Origin: Candidatus Angelobacter sp.
Lineage (GTDB): Bacteria; Acidobacteriota; Terriglobia; Terriglobales; Acidobacteriaceae
Direction of reading: 5' to 3'
Length of the DNA: 64,000 bases
Assembly: GCA_036522115.1 (NCBI GenBank)
Contig: DATDGL010000059.1
Span: 7,896-71,895, forward strand
The notes under the pieces are model-generated. The model was not told the DNA's origin. It did no database searches and worked only from the letters and a program-made list of their open reading frames with translations. How positions within the stretch are numbered: the stretch's first letter is position 1; every line of letters starts with the position of its first letter. Position numbers and translations under genes: made by a program. Positions 47,269 to 55,909 of the stretch are shown in pieces.

Positions 47269-48729
47269 ATGGAAGGGATAGCAACTGTCTGGATTATCGT
47301 TGGATTAAGCGTGGTGGCAGTCATGGCTTTGCTGGGAATGTTCGCCAGGCTGTTCCGCAAAGCAGGCCCGCACGAGGCACTCATCGTTTACGGCTTCAGG
47401 GGCACGCGCACGGTGATCGGGCGAGGCACTGTGATTTTCCCCATGGTGGAAAGTTATCGCCTGCTTTCGTTGGAGTTGATGTCATTTGACGTGGCCCCGC
47501 AGCAGGACCTCTACACCAACCAGGGCGTGGCGGTCACGGTGGAAGCGGTGGCGCAGATCAAGGTGAAATCGGATCCGGTATCCATCCAGACTGCCGCCGA
47601 ACAATTCCTTACCAAGACCCCGGATGAGCGCGAAGGACTGATTCGGTTGGTCATGGAAGGCCACCTGCGCGGGATCATCGGCCAGCTTACGGTGGAACAG
47701 ATTGTGAAGGAACCGGAGATGGTGGCAGATCGTATGCGCTCCACCTGTGCCGATGACATGAGCAAGATGGGACTGGAGGTCATTTCCTTCACCATCAAGG
47801 AAGTCCGCGACAAGAACGAGTACATCGCCAACATGGGCCGGCCGGACGTGGCGCGCATCAAGCGGGACGCGGATGTAGCCGCAGCCGAAGCCGAGCGCGA
47901 TACCGCCATCAAGCGGGTGGAAGCGCAACGGGCATCGGCCATCGCCAAAGCCCAGGCTGACCAGGAGCGAGTGCTGGCGGAAACACTATCACTGGCCAGG
48001 CAGTCTGAGGCGCAACGCGACCTGGAAGTCAAAAAAGCCCAATACGCAGAACTGGTGAAACGCCAGCAGGCCCAGGCCGATAAAGCGTACGAACTGCAGC
48101 AGAACATCACCCAGCAGCAGGTGGTTGCCGAGCAGGTGAAGGTGCAGCAGATCGAAAAAGAACAACAGATCAAAGTGCAGGAAGCCGAGATCACACGCCA
48201 CGAGAAAGAGCTGATTGCCACAGTCCTTAAGGGGGCTGAAATTGACAAGCAGCGCGTGCTCAACCAGGCGGATGCGGAGCGGCAGCGTTTGATCGCCCAG
48301 GCTGAAGGCCAGGCGCAAGCCATCCGGCTGCAAGGTGAAGCTGAGGCCGACATCATCTTCAAGAAAGGCGAAGCTGAAGCCAAAGCCATGAACGTGAAGG
48401 CGGAGGCTTACCAGGAGTGGAACCAGGCGGCCGTCGTGGACAAGCTTATGACCAACATGCCTGAAGTGGTACGAGCCATGGCAGCCCCGCTGGCCAATGT
48501 GGACAAGATCACCATCGTATCCACCGGCAACGGGACCTCAGCCGGCGTCAGCAAGATCACCGGCGACATGGCGCAGATCGCAGCGCAGGTGCCGGCGCTC
48601 TTTGAAGCGCTTTCCGGAATGTCGATTCCTGATCTGCTCTCCAAAGTGAAGGGCTTCGGCGATAAAACAACCCAGCCTGAGGTCATCGATGGCGATGGCG
48701 CAGCCAAGGCCAAGAAGGCGGCCCAGTGA
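47269..48729 (+). CDS. Flotillin (SPFH/band-7 family, YqiK/FloT-like)
   Basis: N-terminal TM, an SPFH domain, then a long A/E/Q/K-rich coiled-coil flotillin region. Confidence 0.9.
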   Translation: MEGIATVWIIVGLSVVAVMALLGMFARLFRKAGPHEALIVYGFRGTRTVIGRGTVIFPMVESYRLLSLELMSFDVAPQQDLYTNQGVAVTVEAVAQIKVKSDPVSIQTAAEQFLTKTPDEREGLIRLVMEGHLRGIIGQLTVEQIVKEPEMVADRMRSTCADDMSKMGLEVISFTIKEVRDKNEYIANMGRPDVARIKRDADVAAAEAERDTAIKRVEAQRASAIAKAQADQERVLAETLSLARQSEAQRDLEVKKAQYAELVKRQQAQADKAYELQQNITQQQVVAEQVKVQQIEKEQQIKVQEAEITRHEKELIATVLKGAEIDKQRVLNQADAERQRLIAQAEGQAQAIRLQGEAEADIIFKKGEAEAKAMNVKAEAYQEWNQAAVVDKLMTNMPEVVRAMAAPLANVDKITIVSTGNGTSAGVSKITGDMAQIAAQVPALFEALSGMSIPDLLSKVKGFGDKTTQPEVIDGDGAAKAKKAAQ

Positions 48730-48827
48730 GCTAGTCCTGTCACCGATTTGAACCGGATTGAATCATCTGTGACTTACGGCTGGAACTCATCGTGGCGGTA
48801 ATCGGTGCATCGGGTTCATCGGGGCAT

Positions 48828-49064
48828 ATGAAGAGAAAACCGATGGCTCGATGCACCAGTAGAGAGGAGAACGCCGTGAAAGGCAAAATTTCTCTTCCGG
48901 GTTTGTTGTTGGGGGCAGTGACTGCCCTGATTGCGGGACTGCTGGTTAGCCACTACTCGTTTGCGTGGCTGATTCTGGGCGTGGCCCTGGGAATGTTGAT
49001 GGGCTCTGCCCTGGGGCAGCGTGATCAAATCAACGTCGCCGAGCCGAAAGGAGGCCAGCAATGA
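48828..49064 (+). CDS. Small 2-TM membrane protein
   Basis: Hydrophobic core LPGLLLGAVTALIAGLLVSHYSFAWLILGVALGMLMGSALG. An alternative GTG start at 48876 has a better SD (GGAGAA). The stop overlaps the next ATG (ATGA). Confidence 0.45.
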   Translation: MKRKPMARCTSREENAVKGKISLPGLLLGAVTALIAGLLVSHYSFAWLILGVALGMLMGSALGQRDQINVAEPKGGQQ

Positions 49065-49255
49065 AAGCTGAGACAAAAACCGGGTTCAAGTACGGCCTGA
49101 TTCTGGGATTGGTGATTGGCGGAATGATCGGCTATTTCATCGCCCATTTTTGGACCTGGGTTTTCCTGGGTGTCGCTGTCGGAATCTGGACCATGGTGTG
49201 GCGATTGAAGCGCCCGAAACTTGCTCAAACCCCACCGCGAGCTGTCGGGCAATAA
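49061..49255 (+). CDS. Small 2-TM membrane protein
   Basis: 64 aa: GLILGLVIGGMIGYFIAHFWTWVFLGVAVGIWTMVW. Translationally coupled to the preceding ORF. Confidence 0.5.
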   Translation: MKAETKTGFKYGLILGLVIGGMIGYFIAHFWTWVFLGVAVGIWTMVWRLKRPKLAQTPPRAVGQ

Positions 49256-49274
49256 AGTTAAATTTGGAGGAGAT

Positions 49275-49940
49275 ATGTCATTAATGGAAAGGGTAGCAAC
49301 TTTAATCCGCGCAAATTTGAACGATCTGATCGACAAGGCGGAAAATCCGGAAAAAATGATCAAGCAGGTCATTCTGGACATGGAGAACCAATTGCTGCAG
49401 GTAAAAACCCAGGTCGCCATTGCCATTGCCGACCAGCATCTGCTGGAAAAGAGGCAGAAAGAGAACGAAGACAAAATTGCCGAGTGGAACCGTAAGGCCG
49501 AGCTGGCAGTGGGCAAAAGCCAGGACGACCTGGCGCGCGCCGCCATTGAGCGCTCGTTGCAATACAAACAACTGCTGGCCAGCTTTGCCCAGCAGGTGGC
49601 CAATCAGAAGCTTCAGGTGGACACATTGAAGAACGCACTCAACAAGCTCCAGCAGAAACTTGAGGAAGCCCGTGCCAAGAGTGATGTCTTGCTGGCCCAG
49701 CACCGGCGGGCGCGCACCCTGATGAAAGCGGCGGACGCCCACACCCAGATGGGAAACGGCAGCTCTGAGGCCAGTTTTGAGCGCATGCAGCGCAAGGTGA
49801 TGCGGAGCGAAGCCATTGGCCAGGCCAAGACCGAACTTCTGGTCGAGGAAGATAATCTGGAAGAGCGGCTGGCAAAACTGGAGAAGGAAGACGAGATCAA
49901 CCGGATTCTGGGCGAGCTGAAAGCGAAAAAAGGAGCCTAG
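49275..49940 (+). CDS. pspA: PspA/IM30 (Vipp1) family membrane-stress protein
   Basis: GGAGGAG SD. MSLMERVATLIRANLNDLIDKAENPEKMIKQVILDMENQL is the canonical PspA N-terminus. The protein is coiled-coil throughout. Confidence 0.9.
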   Translation: MSLMERVATLIRANLNDLIDKAENPEKMIKQVILDMENQLLQVKTQVAIAIADQHLLEKRQKENEDKIAEWNRKAELAVGKSQDDLARAAIERSLQYKQLLASFAQQVANQKLQVDTLKNALNKLQQKLEEARAKSDVLLAQHRRARTLMKAADAHTQMGNGSSEASFERMQRKVMRSEAIGQAKTELLVEEDNLEERLAKLEKEDEINRILGELKAKKGA

Positions 49941-50033
49941 TATCTTCGCCGCGGATCTGCACTGATTCCCGCGCGGATTGTTAGACTTACTTCTGCGTTG
50001 ATCTGCGCAAATCTGCGGCGAAACTGAACCGGA

Positions 50034-50822
50034 ATGAGGGCCAGGACGCTAATCATCTATGGCGTGCTTCTCTGGAGCACAGTTGCCTCGGCACAGGCCG
50101 GCCTGTCTTCCGACGAACTCAAACTGTTCAACCTGCTCAACCAGGAGCGTGCCAGGGCCGGGCTGTCCTCGTTTCAATGGAACTATCAACTGGCTGAATC
50201 GGCGCGCACTCATACCCAGCTTCAGGTGAACCGCGACGCGTTGACCCATCAGTTCCCGGACGAGGCAATTCTAGGCGACCGCATCGGCGCGACCGGACTG
50301 CGCTTCGACGTAGCGGCTGAGAATGTGGCTGCGGGCGACTCCCTTGAAGATATCCACTCGCACCTTATGAAGTCGCCGCCGCATCGCGCCAACATTCTCA
50401 GTCCCAGCTACAATTCGGTTGGCTTGGCCGTGATTCCACGCGGGGATGAGTTGTACGTGACCGAGGATTTTGCTCACACCCTCCCTTCATACTCGGAAGA
50501 AAAATTTCGCGCGGAGGTGGTCGCGGCATTTAACCATGCCAGAGCGGCCAATGGGATCGCATCCATTGCCGCCAAGGTAAGCCCGCAACTGCATGAGTTG
50601 GCGTGTTCTGACAGCCATGATGCGGAGCACATGATTCAAAGTCTTCCGGGCGCTCTTACCCTGGTAATATTTACCGCTCCAGACCCTCAAAAGCTATCAC
50701 CAGCCATGCAAAAAGCCGCGGCTGACCGGTCCTTGCACCGTATGGAGATCGGCGTGTGCTTCAGTCCGGGAAAAGAACGTGGATACGGGAGTTTCAGGAT
50801 CTTGGCAGCGTTTTACCAGTAG
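50034..50822 (+). CDS. Secreted CAP/SCP-domain protein
   Basis: Signal peptide. LLNQERARAGL...AENVAAGDS...HLMKSPPHRANILSPSYNSVGLAV. Confidence 0.8.
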   Translation: MRARTLIIYGVLLWSTVASAQAGLSSDELKLFNLLNQERARAGLSSFQWNYQLAESARTHTQLQVNRDALTHQFPDEAILGDRIGATGLRFDVAAENVAAGDSLEDIHSHLMKSPPHRANILSPSYNSVGLAVIPRGDELYVTEDFAHTLPSYSEEKFRAEVVAAFNHARAANGIASIAAKVSPQLHELACSDSHDAEHMIQSLPGALTLVIFTAPDPQKLSPAMQKAAADRSLHRMEIGVCFSPGKERGYGSFRILAAFYQ

Positions 50823-50917
50823 GCTATGCTTTTTGATCTACCTCGAAGCGAAATGCCTCTTAATCGCTTCGGGCTGCATTTTTGAACAGTCACATTCTTT
50901 CTGAAAACAATAAAACT

Positions 50918-51412
50918 ATGACCAGAAGCAGCAGCAACTCGCTCGTACTCACTGCCGTGGCTGTTGCCGCTCTGGGGGTGCTGTTGCTCACCGCCGGTGC
51001 TCAATCCGCGAGTCCTCAGCCGGGGCAGACGGCGCCCGTAGAATCACATTCTGTCTGGGATGGCGTGTATACGCAAACGCAGGCCCAACGTGGCCAGGCC
51101 CTCTACGGCCAGCAGTGCTCTTCCTGTCACGGTGAAAAACTCACCGGCAAGGAAAGCGAGGATTCGCCTGCTCTCACCGGGCGAGACTTCGAAACCGAAT
51201 GGAAAGGACGCACGGTAGGAGACCTGTTCAGGAAGATTCTGCGGAAAATGCCGCAAGACAGTCCTGGGCAGTTAACTCCGCAGCAGAGCGCTGACTTGGT
51301 GGCGTTCATTCTCAGCTTCAACGCCTTTCCCACCGGCAAAACAGAGCTGCCCCCGCAGAATGAAGCCCTGGTGGGCATTCGCTTCGACGACAAAAAGCCG
51401 GAGCAAAAATAG
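50918..51412 (+). CDS. c-type cytochrome (monoheme)
   Basis: Signal peptide MTRSSSNSLVLTAVAVAALGVLLLTAGAQS and the heme motif CSSCHG. Confidence 0.75.
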   Translation: MTRSSSNSLVLTAVAVAALGVLLLTAGAQSASPQPGQTAPVESHSVWDGVYTQTQAQRGQALYGQQCSSCHGEKLTGKESEDSPALTGRDFETEWKGRTVGDLFRKILRKMPQDSPGQLTPQQSADLVAFILSFNAFPTGKTELPPQNEALVGIRFDDKKPEQK

Positions 51413-51414
51413 AC

Positions 51415-51972
51415 TTATTCCTGTGCGCCTTCCTCTTGCAAAACTGCCAGCAGCTCGTCATCCACCTCCCAGTTCTTCAGGATCTTGATGGCCACGCCGG
51501 AGCGGAAGCCGGCGCGCATCAATGCGCGAAAAATCCTGGCCGCTTCCCGATCCGTGGCAGGTTTGTTCATCCTCTTGCGTTTCAGGAAGGCCCGCGCCTG
51601 GCCCTCTTCGTTCACGCCCGAATAGGCATGCGTTACCGCCTTTTCGATCACCTCTGAATGCACGCCTTTGACCTTCAGGTCTGTGATCACCCTCCGCGGG
51701 CCCAGTTTTTCGTTGTCGCGGCGGAAAGCCGAATAGGTGGCCGCGTAATTGGAATCGTTCAGGTACTTGTGCTCTTTTAATCGCAGGATGATCATCTCAA
51801 CCAGGATTTCTCCCGCCTCATCGCGTGGAACCCGGTTGCGCAGCAGGCGCTTCATCTCCGCCACGGTGCGCATTCTGCGCCCCAGCGCGCCAATGGCGTA
51901 CTCATAGAGTGCGGCCTCGTCATCGATCTGTTTTGGACGGTTGAAGGACAACGTGAAAATGCTCCAGCTCAA
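51415..51972 (-). CDS. recX: RecX-like regulatory protein
   Basis: Three-helix repeats typical of RecX (ALGRRMRTVAEMKRLL..., LKEHKYLNDSNYAATYSAFRR, RRVITDLKVKGV). No recA is adjacent. Confidence 0.7.
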   Translation of the reverse strand: MSWSIFTLSFNRPKQIDDEAALYEYAIGALGRRMRTVAEMKRLLRNRVPRDEAGEILVEMIILRLKEHKYLNDSNYAATYSAFRRDNEKLGPRRVITDLKVKGVHSEVIEKAVTHAYSGVNEEGQARAFLKRKRMNKPATDREAARIFRALMRAGFRSGVAIKILKNWEVDDELLAVLQEEGAQE

Positions 51973-52113
51973 TGATAGCCGGAACTGATTGAGTAATTGG
52001 GTAATTTGGTAATCGGGTAATTGAAAAACTACCTAAGGCGAACTAGACCTAAGAGCCAACAGCCAAGAGCCAAAAGCCAAATTATGGCAATTTCGGCGAT
52101 TTTGGCAATCTTC

Positions 52114-53244
52114 CTAGATTCTTCCGCTGGAAAATCCTGCCTGTTCCATCTGCTCGCGCGCTGCGTCTGCGGTAGAGGCGATGCCCTGGACTTTGAGCTT
52201 GAAGTCGTCGGGATTGCTGGCATTCTCCAAAGCGGTTTCGTAGGTAATCAGCCCTTGCTGGTACAGGTCATACAAAGACTGGTCAAAGTTCTGCATGCCA
52301 TACTGGGAAGTTCCCACCGCAATGGCTTCACGGATCAGCCGGGTTTTTTCCGGGGTCATGATGCACTCGCGCACGAACGCCGTAGAGATCAGGATTTCCA
52401 CTGCGGGTACGCGTCCGGCTCCGTCGGCGCGCTTGACCAGGCGCTGGCTGATGACGGACCGCAAGGTTGCCGCCAGTTGCATGCGAATCTGCTTCTGTTC
52501 CGGCGGTGGAAAAACGGCAATGATGCGGTTGATAGTCTCCACCGCATCCAGGGTGTGCAGGGTGGAGAAGACCAGGTGGCCGGTTTCAGCGGCATGAAGC
52601 GCGGTGGAAATGGTTTCCAGGTCGCGCATTTCGCCCACCAGAATTACGTCCGGGTCCTGGCGCAGGCTGGCGCGCAGCGCGGATGCGAATGAGGGCGTGT
52701 CCACCTCCACTTCGCGCTGATTGACAAAGCCTTTTTTATCGCGATGCAGAAATTCGATTGGGTCTTCAATCGTAATGATGTGTTCCGGACGTCCGGAGTT
52801 GATGCGGTCCACCATGGCAGCCAGGGTGGTTGATTTACCGGAGCCGGTGACGCCCGTCACCAGCACCAGGCCGCGTTGCTCGTCGCAAATGTGCTCGATA
52901 ATCTTGGGCAGATAGAGCTCTTCCAGCGCCCGGATCTTGGTAGGAATCACGCGCAGCACCAACCCGACGTTGCCGCGTTGCTGAAAGACGTTGACGCGGA
53001 ACCGGCCCAGCCCGGCCACTCCGTACGCCATGTCCAGCTCGGCTGCTTCCTTGAACTTCTGCTTTTGCCGGTTGGACATCATGCTGAACGCCATGTTCAG
53101 CATCTCTTCGGCGGAGATGCGGGGCTGATCGGTAAGCGGGACCAGTTCGCCATCCACCCGGACGTGGGGGTAGTTCCCCACCTTCAGGTGCAAGTCGGAA
53201 GACTTGCGGTCCATCGCTATTCGCAGCAGATCGTCAATATGCAT
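52114..53244 (-). CDS. pilT: Type IV pilus retraction ATPase PilT
   Basis: SDLHLKVG..P..RVDG, Walker A GVTGSGKSTTLAAM, the ITIEDPIEF Asp box, and the AHLVFSTLHT-type His box (GHLVFSTLHT). Confidence 0.92.
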   Translation of the reverse strand: MHIDDLLRIAMDRKSSDLHLKVGNYPHVRVDGELVPLTDQPRISAEEMLNMAFSMMSNRQKQKFKEAAELDMAYGVAGLGRFRVNVFQQRGNVGLVLRVIPTKIRALEELYLPKIIEHICDEQRGLVLVTGVTGSGKSTTLAAMVDRINSGRPEHIITIEDPIEFLHRDKKGFVNQREVEVDTPSFASALRASLRQDPDVILVGEMRDLETISTALHAAETGHLVFSTLHTLDAVETINRIIAVFPPPEQKQIRMQLAATLRSVISQRLVKRADGAGRVPAVEILISTAFVRECIMTPEKTRLIREAIAVGTSQYGMQNFDQSLYDLYQQGLITYETALENASNPDDFKLKVQGIASTADAAREQMEQAGFSSGRI

Positions 53245-53412
53245 ATGGAGCTTTTAAGCAACTCAGTCCCAGGAAACCGGCCTCTAATGAACTGCGCTCT
53301 CAGTGTCGCGACCCCCGGCTGAGTGCAACCTATCATGCTGTTATCCGGAAAACAATCGGGTCATCCCCGATGTTACTTACCATCAGTGTAAGGGCGAACC
53401 TCTCTAGCTACA

Positions 53413-54696
53413 ATGTTACCGATGGCACAGCAGGAGACTTGGCCTCACGTAGTCATTATCGGCGGTGGCTTTGCCGGAATTAATGCCGCCAAGGCCCTGG
53501 CCCGGGCCCCGGTCAGGATCACAGTCGTGGACCGCAAAAACCACCACACATTCCAGCCCTTGCTGTACCAGGTGGCGCTGGCGGTGCTTTCGCCGGCAGA
53601 GATAGCCTCGCCCATCCGCGCCATTCTGAAGCGGGCCGGAAACGTCCAGGTGCTGCTGGGAGAGGTGACCGGCTTCGATTTAGAGAAGCGCCTGGTCAGG
53701 ATAGGGAGCATCGAACTGGGCTACGACCACCTGATCATCGCGGCCGGCGCTACTCATGCCTACTTCGGCCATCCCGAGTGGGAGAAGATTGCCCCGGGCC
53801 TCAAGACCCTAGAAGATGCCGTCGAGATTCGTCGCCGGGTCCTGCTGGCATTCGAAACTGCCGAACGCGACGCCATCACCCAGGGAATCCATCATGATTT
53901 GAATTTCGTGGTGGTTGGCGCCGGCCCTACAGGCGTGGAGTTGGCGGGCGCCATTGCCGATATCTCCAAACGCTATATGGAGCGCGATTTTCGCGCCATT
54001 GATACCAGGCAGGCAAGAATCATCCTCCTGGAAGGCGGTCCCAGGGTCCTGCCTGCATTTCCTCAAGACCTTTCCACCAGCGCTCAGAAACAGCTCACCG
54101 ATCTGGGTGTGGAAGTTCGCACCCATGCCATGGTCACCCACGTTGAGACGGGGTGTGTGACGGTGGGAGAAGAGCGGCTGCCGGCAACAGTGATTCTCTG
54201 GGGCGCAGGCGTCTCGGCTTCACCTCTGGGTAAAATGCTGGGCGCTCCAACGGACCGGGCAGGCCGCGTCCTGGTGAGCCCTGACTTGAGCGTGCCCGGA
54301 CATCCGGAGGTGCTGGTGATTGGAGATCTGGCGGCGGTAAAGATGAAAGACGGAAAGTTTGTTCCGGGCCTGGCCCCCGCAGCCATCCAGATGGGCAAAT
54401 TCGCCGCCCGGCAGATCAAACGGATTCTGCACGGCAAATCCCGCGAAGACTTTCGCTATGTAGATAAAGGCACCCTGGCAACCATCGGCCGCTCCAAGGC
54501 CGTTGCCGATCTGGGCAGGCTGCATTTTTCAGGCTATCTGGCCTGGCTGGCGTGGCTGTTTATCCACCTGCTGTTTCTGATCGGCTTCAGAAATCGCTTT
54601 ATGGTGATGGCGGAATGGGCCTGGGACTACATTACCTATAACCACAGCGCGAGGTTAATCACGGACTCAAATAGCAAGGACAGGGCGCGCCACTGA
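53413..54696 (+). CDS. ndh: Type II NADH dehydrogenase (NDH-2)
   Basis: VVIIGGGFAGINAA, VVVGAGPTGVELAGA, IGDLAA. Conserved length, and the C-terminal membrane-anchoring helix is present. Confidence 0.9.
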   Translation: MLPMAQQETWPHVVIIGGGFAGINAAKALARAPVRITVVDRKNHHTFQPLLYQVALAVLSPAEIASPIRAILKRAGNVQVLLGEVTGFDLEKRLVRIGSIELGYDHLIIAAGATHAYFGHPEWEKIAPGLKTLEDAVEIRRRVLLAFETAERDAITQGIHHDLNFVVVGAGPTGVELAGAIADISKRYMERDFRAIDTRQARIILLEGGPRVLPAFPQDLSTSAQKQLTDLGVEVRTHAMVTHVETGCVTVGEERLPATVILWGAGVSASPLGKMLGAPTDRAGRVLVSPDLSVPGHPEVLVIGDLAAVKMKDGKFVPGLAPAAIQMGKFAARQIKRILHGKSREDFRYVDKGTLATIGRSKAVADLGRLHFSGYLAWLAWLFIHLLFLIGFRNRFMVMAEWAWDYITYNHSARLITDSNSKDRARH

Positions 54697-54714
54697 TTAG
54701 ACGAGTTGACGTGA

Positions 54715-55122
54715 TTACCACATTAGAAGCGACAGAAAATCGATGTACTGGAAATGACTGTCCCGGGTGATTAAGGTCAGGTGCCGCTGATGGGCAATGG
54801 CAGCGATCCAAACGTCATTCTCAGGGATTGGCCTGCCTTTGTTTAATAGGTAGGCATGCAAGACACCGTATGCTTCAGCGGTTCCGCTATCACAAGACAG
54901 GGTAGGAAACATTTTGGACAAGGCTTTTATTGCTTCAAAATTCTCTCGAACACGATCCGAGCGGTGAGCACCGGAGAACATTTCTCCTAAGCCTATGCTG
55001 GGCAGATACAAATCCATTTCAGGCGTAATGCGTTGCGTGATCGACCTGTCGCGGTTTCGCAAGCCGACCATGACGTTGGTGTCCAATAGAAATCGGCGGG
55101 GGATGAGAAGGCTACCATTCAT
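54715..55122 (-). CDS. vapC: PIN-domain toxin VapC
   Basis: FLLDTNVMVG, LGEMFSG, NDVWIAAIA, LITRDSHF. Overlaps the upstream gene by 11 nt. Confidence 0.85.
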   Translation of the reverse strand: MNGSLLIPRRFLLDTNVMVGLRNRDRSITQRITPEMDLYLPSIGLGEMFSGAHRSDRVRENFEAIKALSKMFPTLSCDSGTAEAYGVLHAYLLNKGRPIPENDVWIAAIAHQRHLTLITRDSHFQYIDFLSLLMW

Positions 55123-55615
55123 TTGGGTCTACCTTCTCAAAATCCTCCTCTATAGCAGCCGCTATTTTTTCCCAATCGCTTACCGAAATCATATCCACAA
55201 ATTTCATCAGATCTGACAGCTTGCCTGGAGGGGGAAGCGGATCCTCATCTCCATTGCCATTGACAAAATCATGCTCGTACCAGTCGACTAGATGGCGATA
55301 CTTTGGAGGAAGTTCCTCAGCAACAGGATGGGTCTTGCCCTGTTTTCTATCACGATGAAACTTGTCACCATCGCGAAACAACCTGCGGCGGCCCCGTCCG
55401 GTCTCGCTCAGCATTCGATGACGCGCGGGATTGGGTGCTTTAGAGGCAACACAGTGGGTCGAGGCGTGGATTTGCAATCCCGGTCTGTAGCCTCCAGCCA
55501 GTTTTTCCTTGATTGCCCGCTCGACAATTTCAGCTACTGAAAAATCAGTGCGCCCCGGCCTTTCTCGATGAAGCAAAGATGTGGCTACCCAGACTTCATC
55601 CGCAACCTTAATCAT
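55112..55615 (-). CDS. Unrecognised 167-aa protein in the antitoxin position of a PIN module (paralogue of 7997..8497)
   Basis: MIKVADEVWVATSLLHRERPGRTDFSVAEIVERA...HCVASKAPNPARHRMLSETGRGRRRLFRDGD...WYE. These are the same conserved blocks as in the 8-kb copy. Confidence 0.6.
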   Translation of the reverse strand: MIKVADEVWVATSLLHRERPGRTDFSVAEIVERAIKEKLAGGYRPGLQIHASTHCVASKAPNPARHRMLSETGRGRRRLFRDGDKFHRDRKQGKTHPVAEELPPKYRHLVDWYEHDFVNGNGDEDPLPPPGKLSDLMKFVDMISVSDWEKIAAAIEEDFEKVDPNEW

Positions 55616-55616
55616 G

Positions 55617-55639
55617 TATGTATGTTAAAATCATACATA
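55617..55639. promoter_or_regulatory. Perfect 8-bp inverted repeat TATGTATG-N7-CATACATA immediately upstream of the PIN-module operon
   Basis: TATGTATG at 55617-55624 and CATACATA at 55632-55639. It begins 2 nt beyond the start codon (55613-55615). Confidence 0.3.
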
Positions 55640-55839
55640 AACCTCTGTCAAGACCGCGAGGGCGTCAATTGGCTATTGCAGTCAGGAATACTGTCGAAGG
55701 CAAGATTTGCTCGGCATGCCGAGTATGGAAGCCCCTCAGCGACTTCTACCGTGATTCCAGCCATGGGCGGTTGCCAGGATACCGGCATTGTCGTTGCAAG
55801 GACTGTTATCGAGACGGCAAGAAAACCAAGATCAAGTGA
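55618..55839 (+). CDS. Possible small zinc-ribbon protein (73 aa)
   Basis: KICSACRVWKPLSDFYRD...GYRHCRCKDCYRD resembles the C-x2-C...KPL..F...C-x2-C finger seen at the N-terminus of some phage/HNH proteins. No convincing SD. It overlaps a terminator on the other strand. Confidence 0.3.
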   Translation: MYVKIIHKPLSRPRGRQLAIAVRNTVEGKICSACRVWKPLSDFYRDSSHGRLPGYRHCRCKDCYRDGKKTKIK

Positions 55840-55865
55840 AAAACCGCAGCCGAGGGCGGCTACGG
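55836..55865 (-). terminator. Rho-independent terminator after ilvE (member of the GCAGCCG-N4-CGGCTGC hairpin family)
   Basis: The minus strand reads CCGTAGCCG-CCCT-CGGCTGCGG followed by TTTTTCAC, ~45 nt downstream of the ilvE stop. Confidence 0.55.
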
Positions 55866-55909
55866 TCCAAACTCCATTTCGTTTTTCAATTACCCAATTA
55901 CCCAATTTC

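Noticed and set aside
52050-52085. The AGAGCCAACAGCCAAGAGCCAAAAGCCAAA low-complexity tract downstream of pilT.
   Set aside because: It is a simple GCCAA-type microsatellite-like tract seen only once in the window, so I cannot say more than that it exists.
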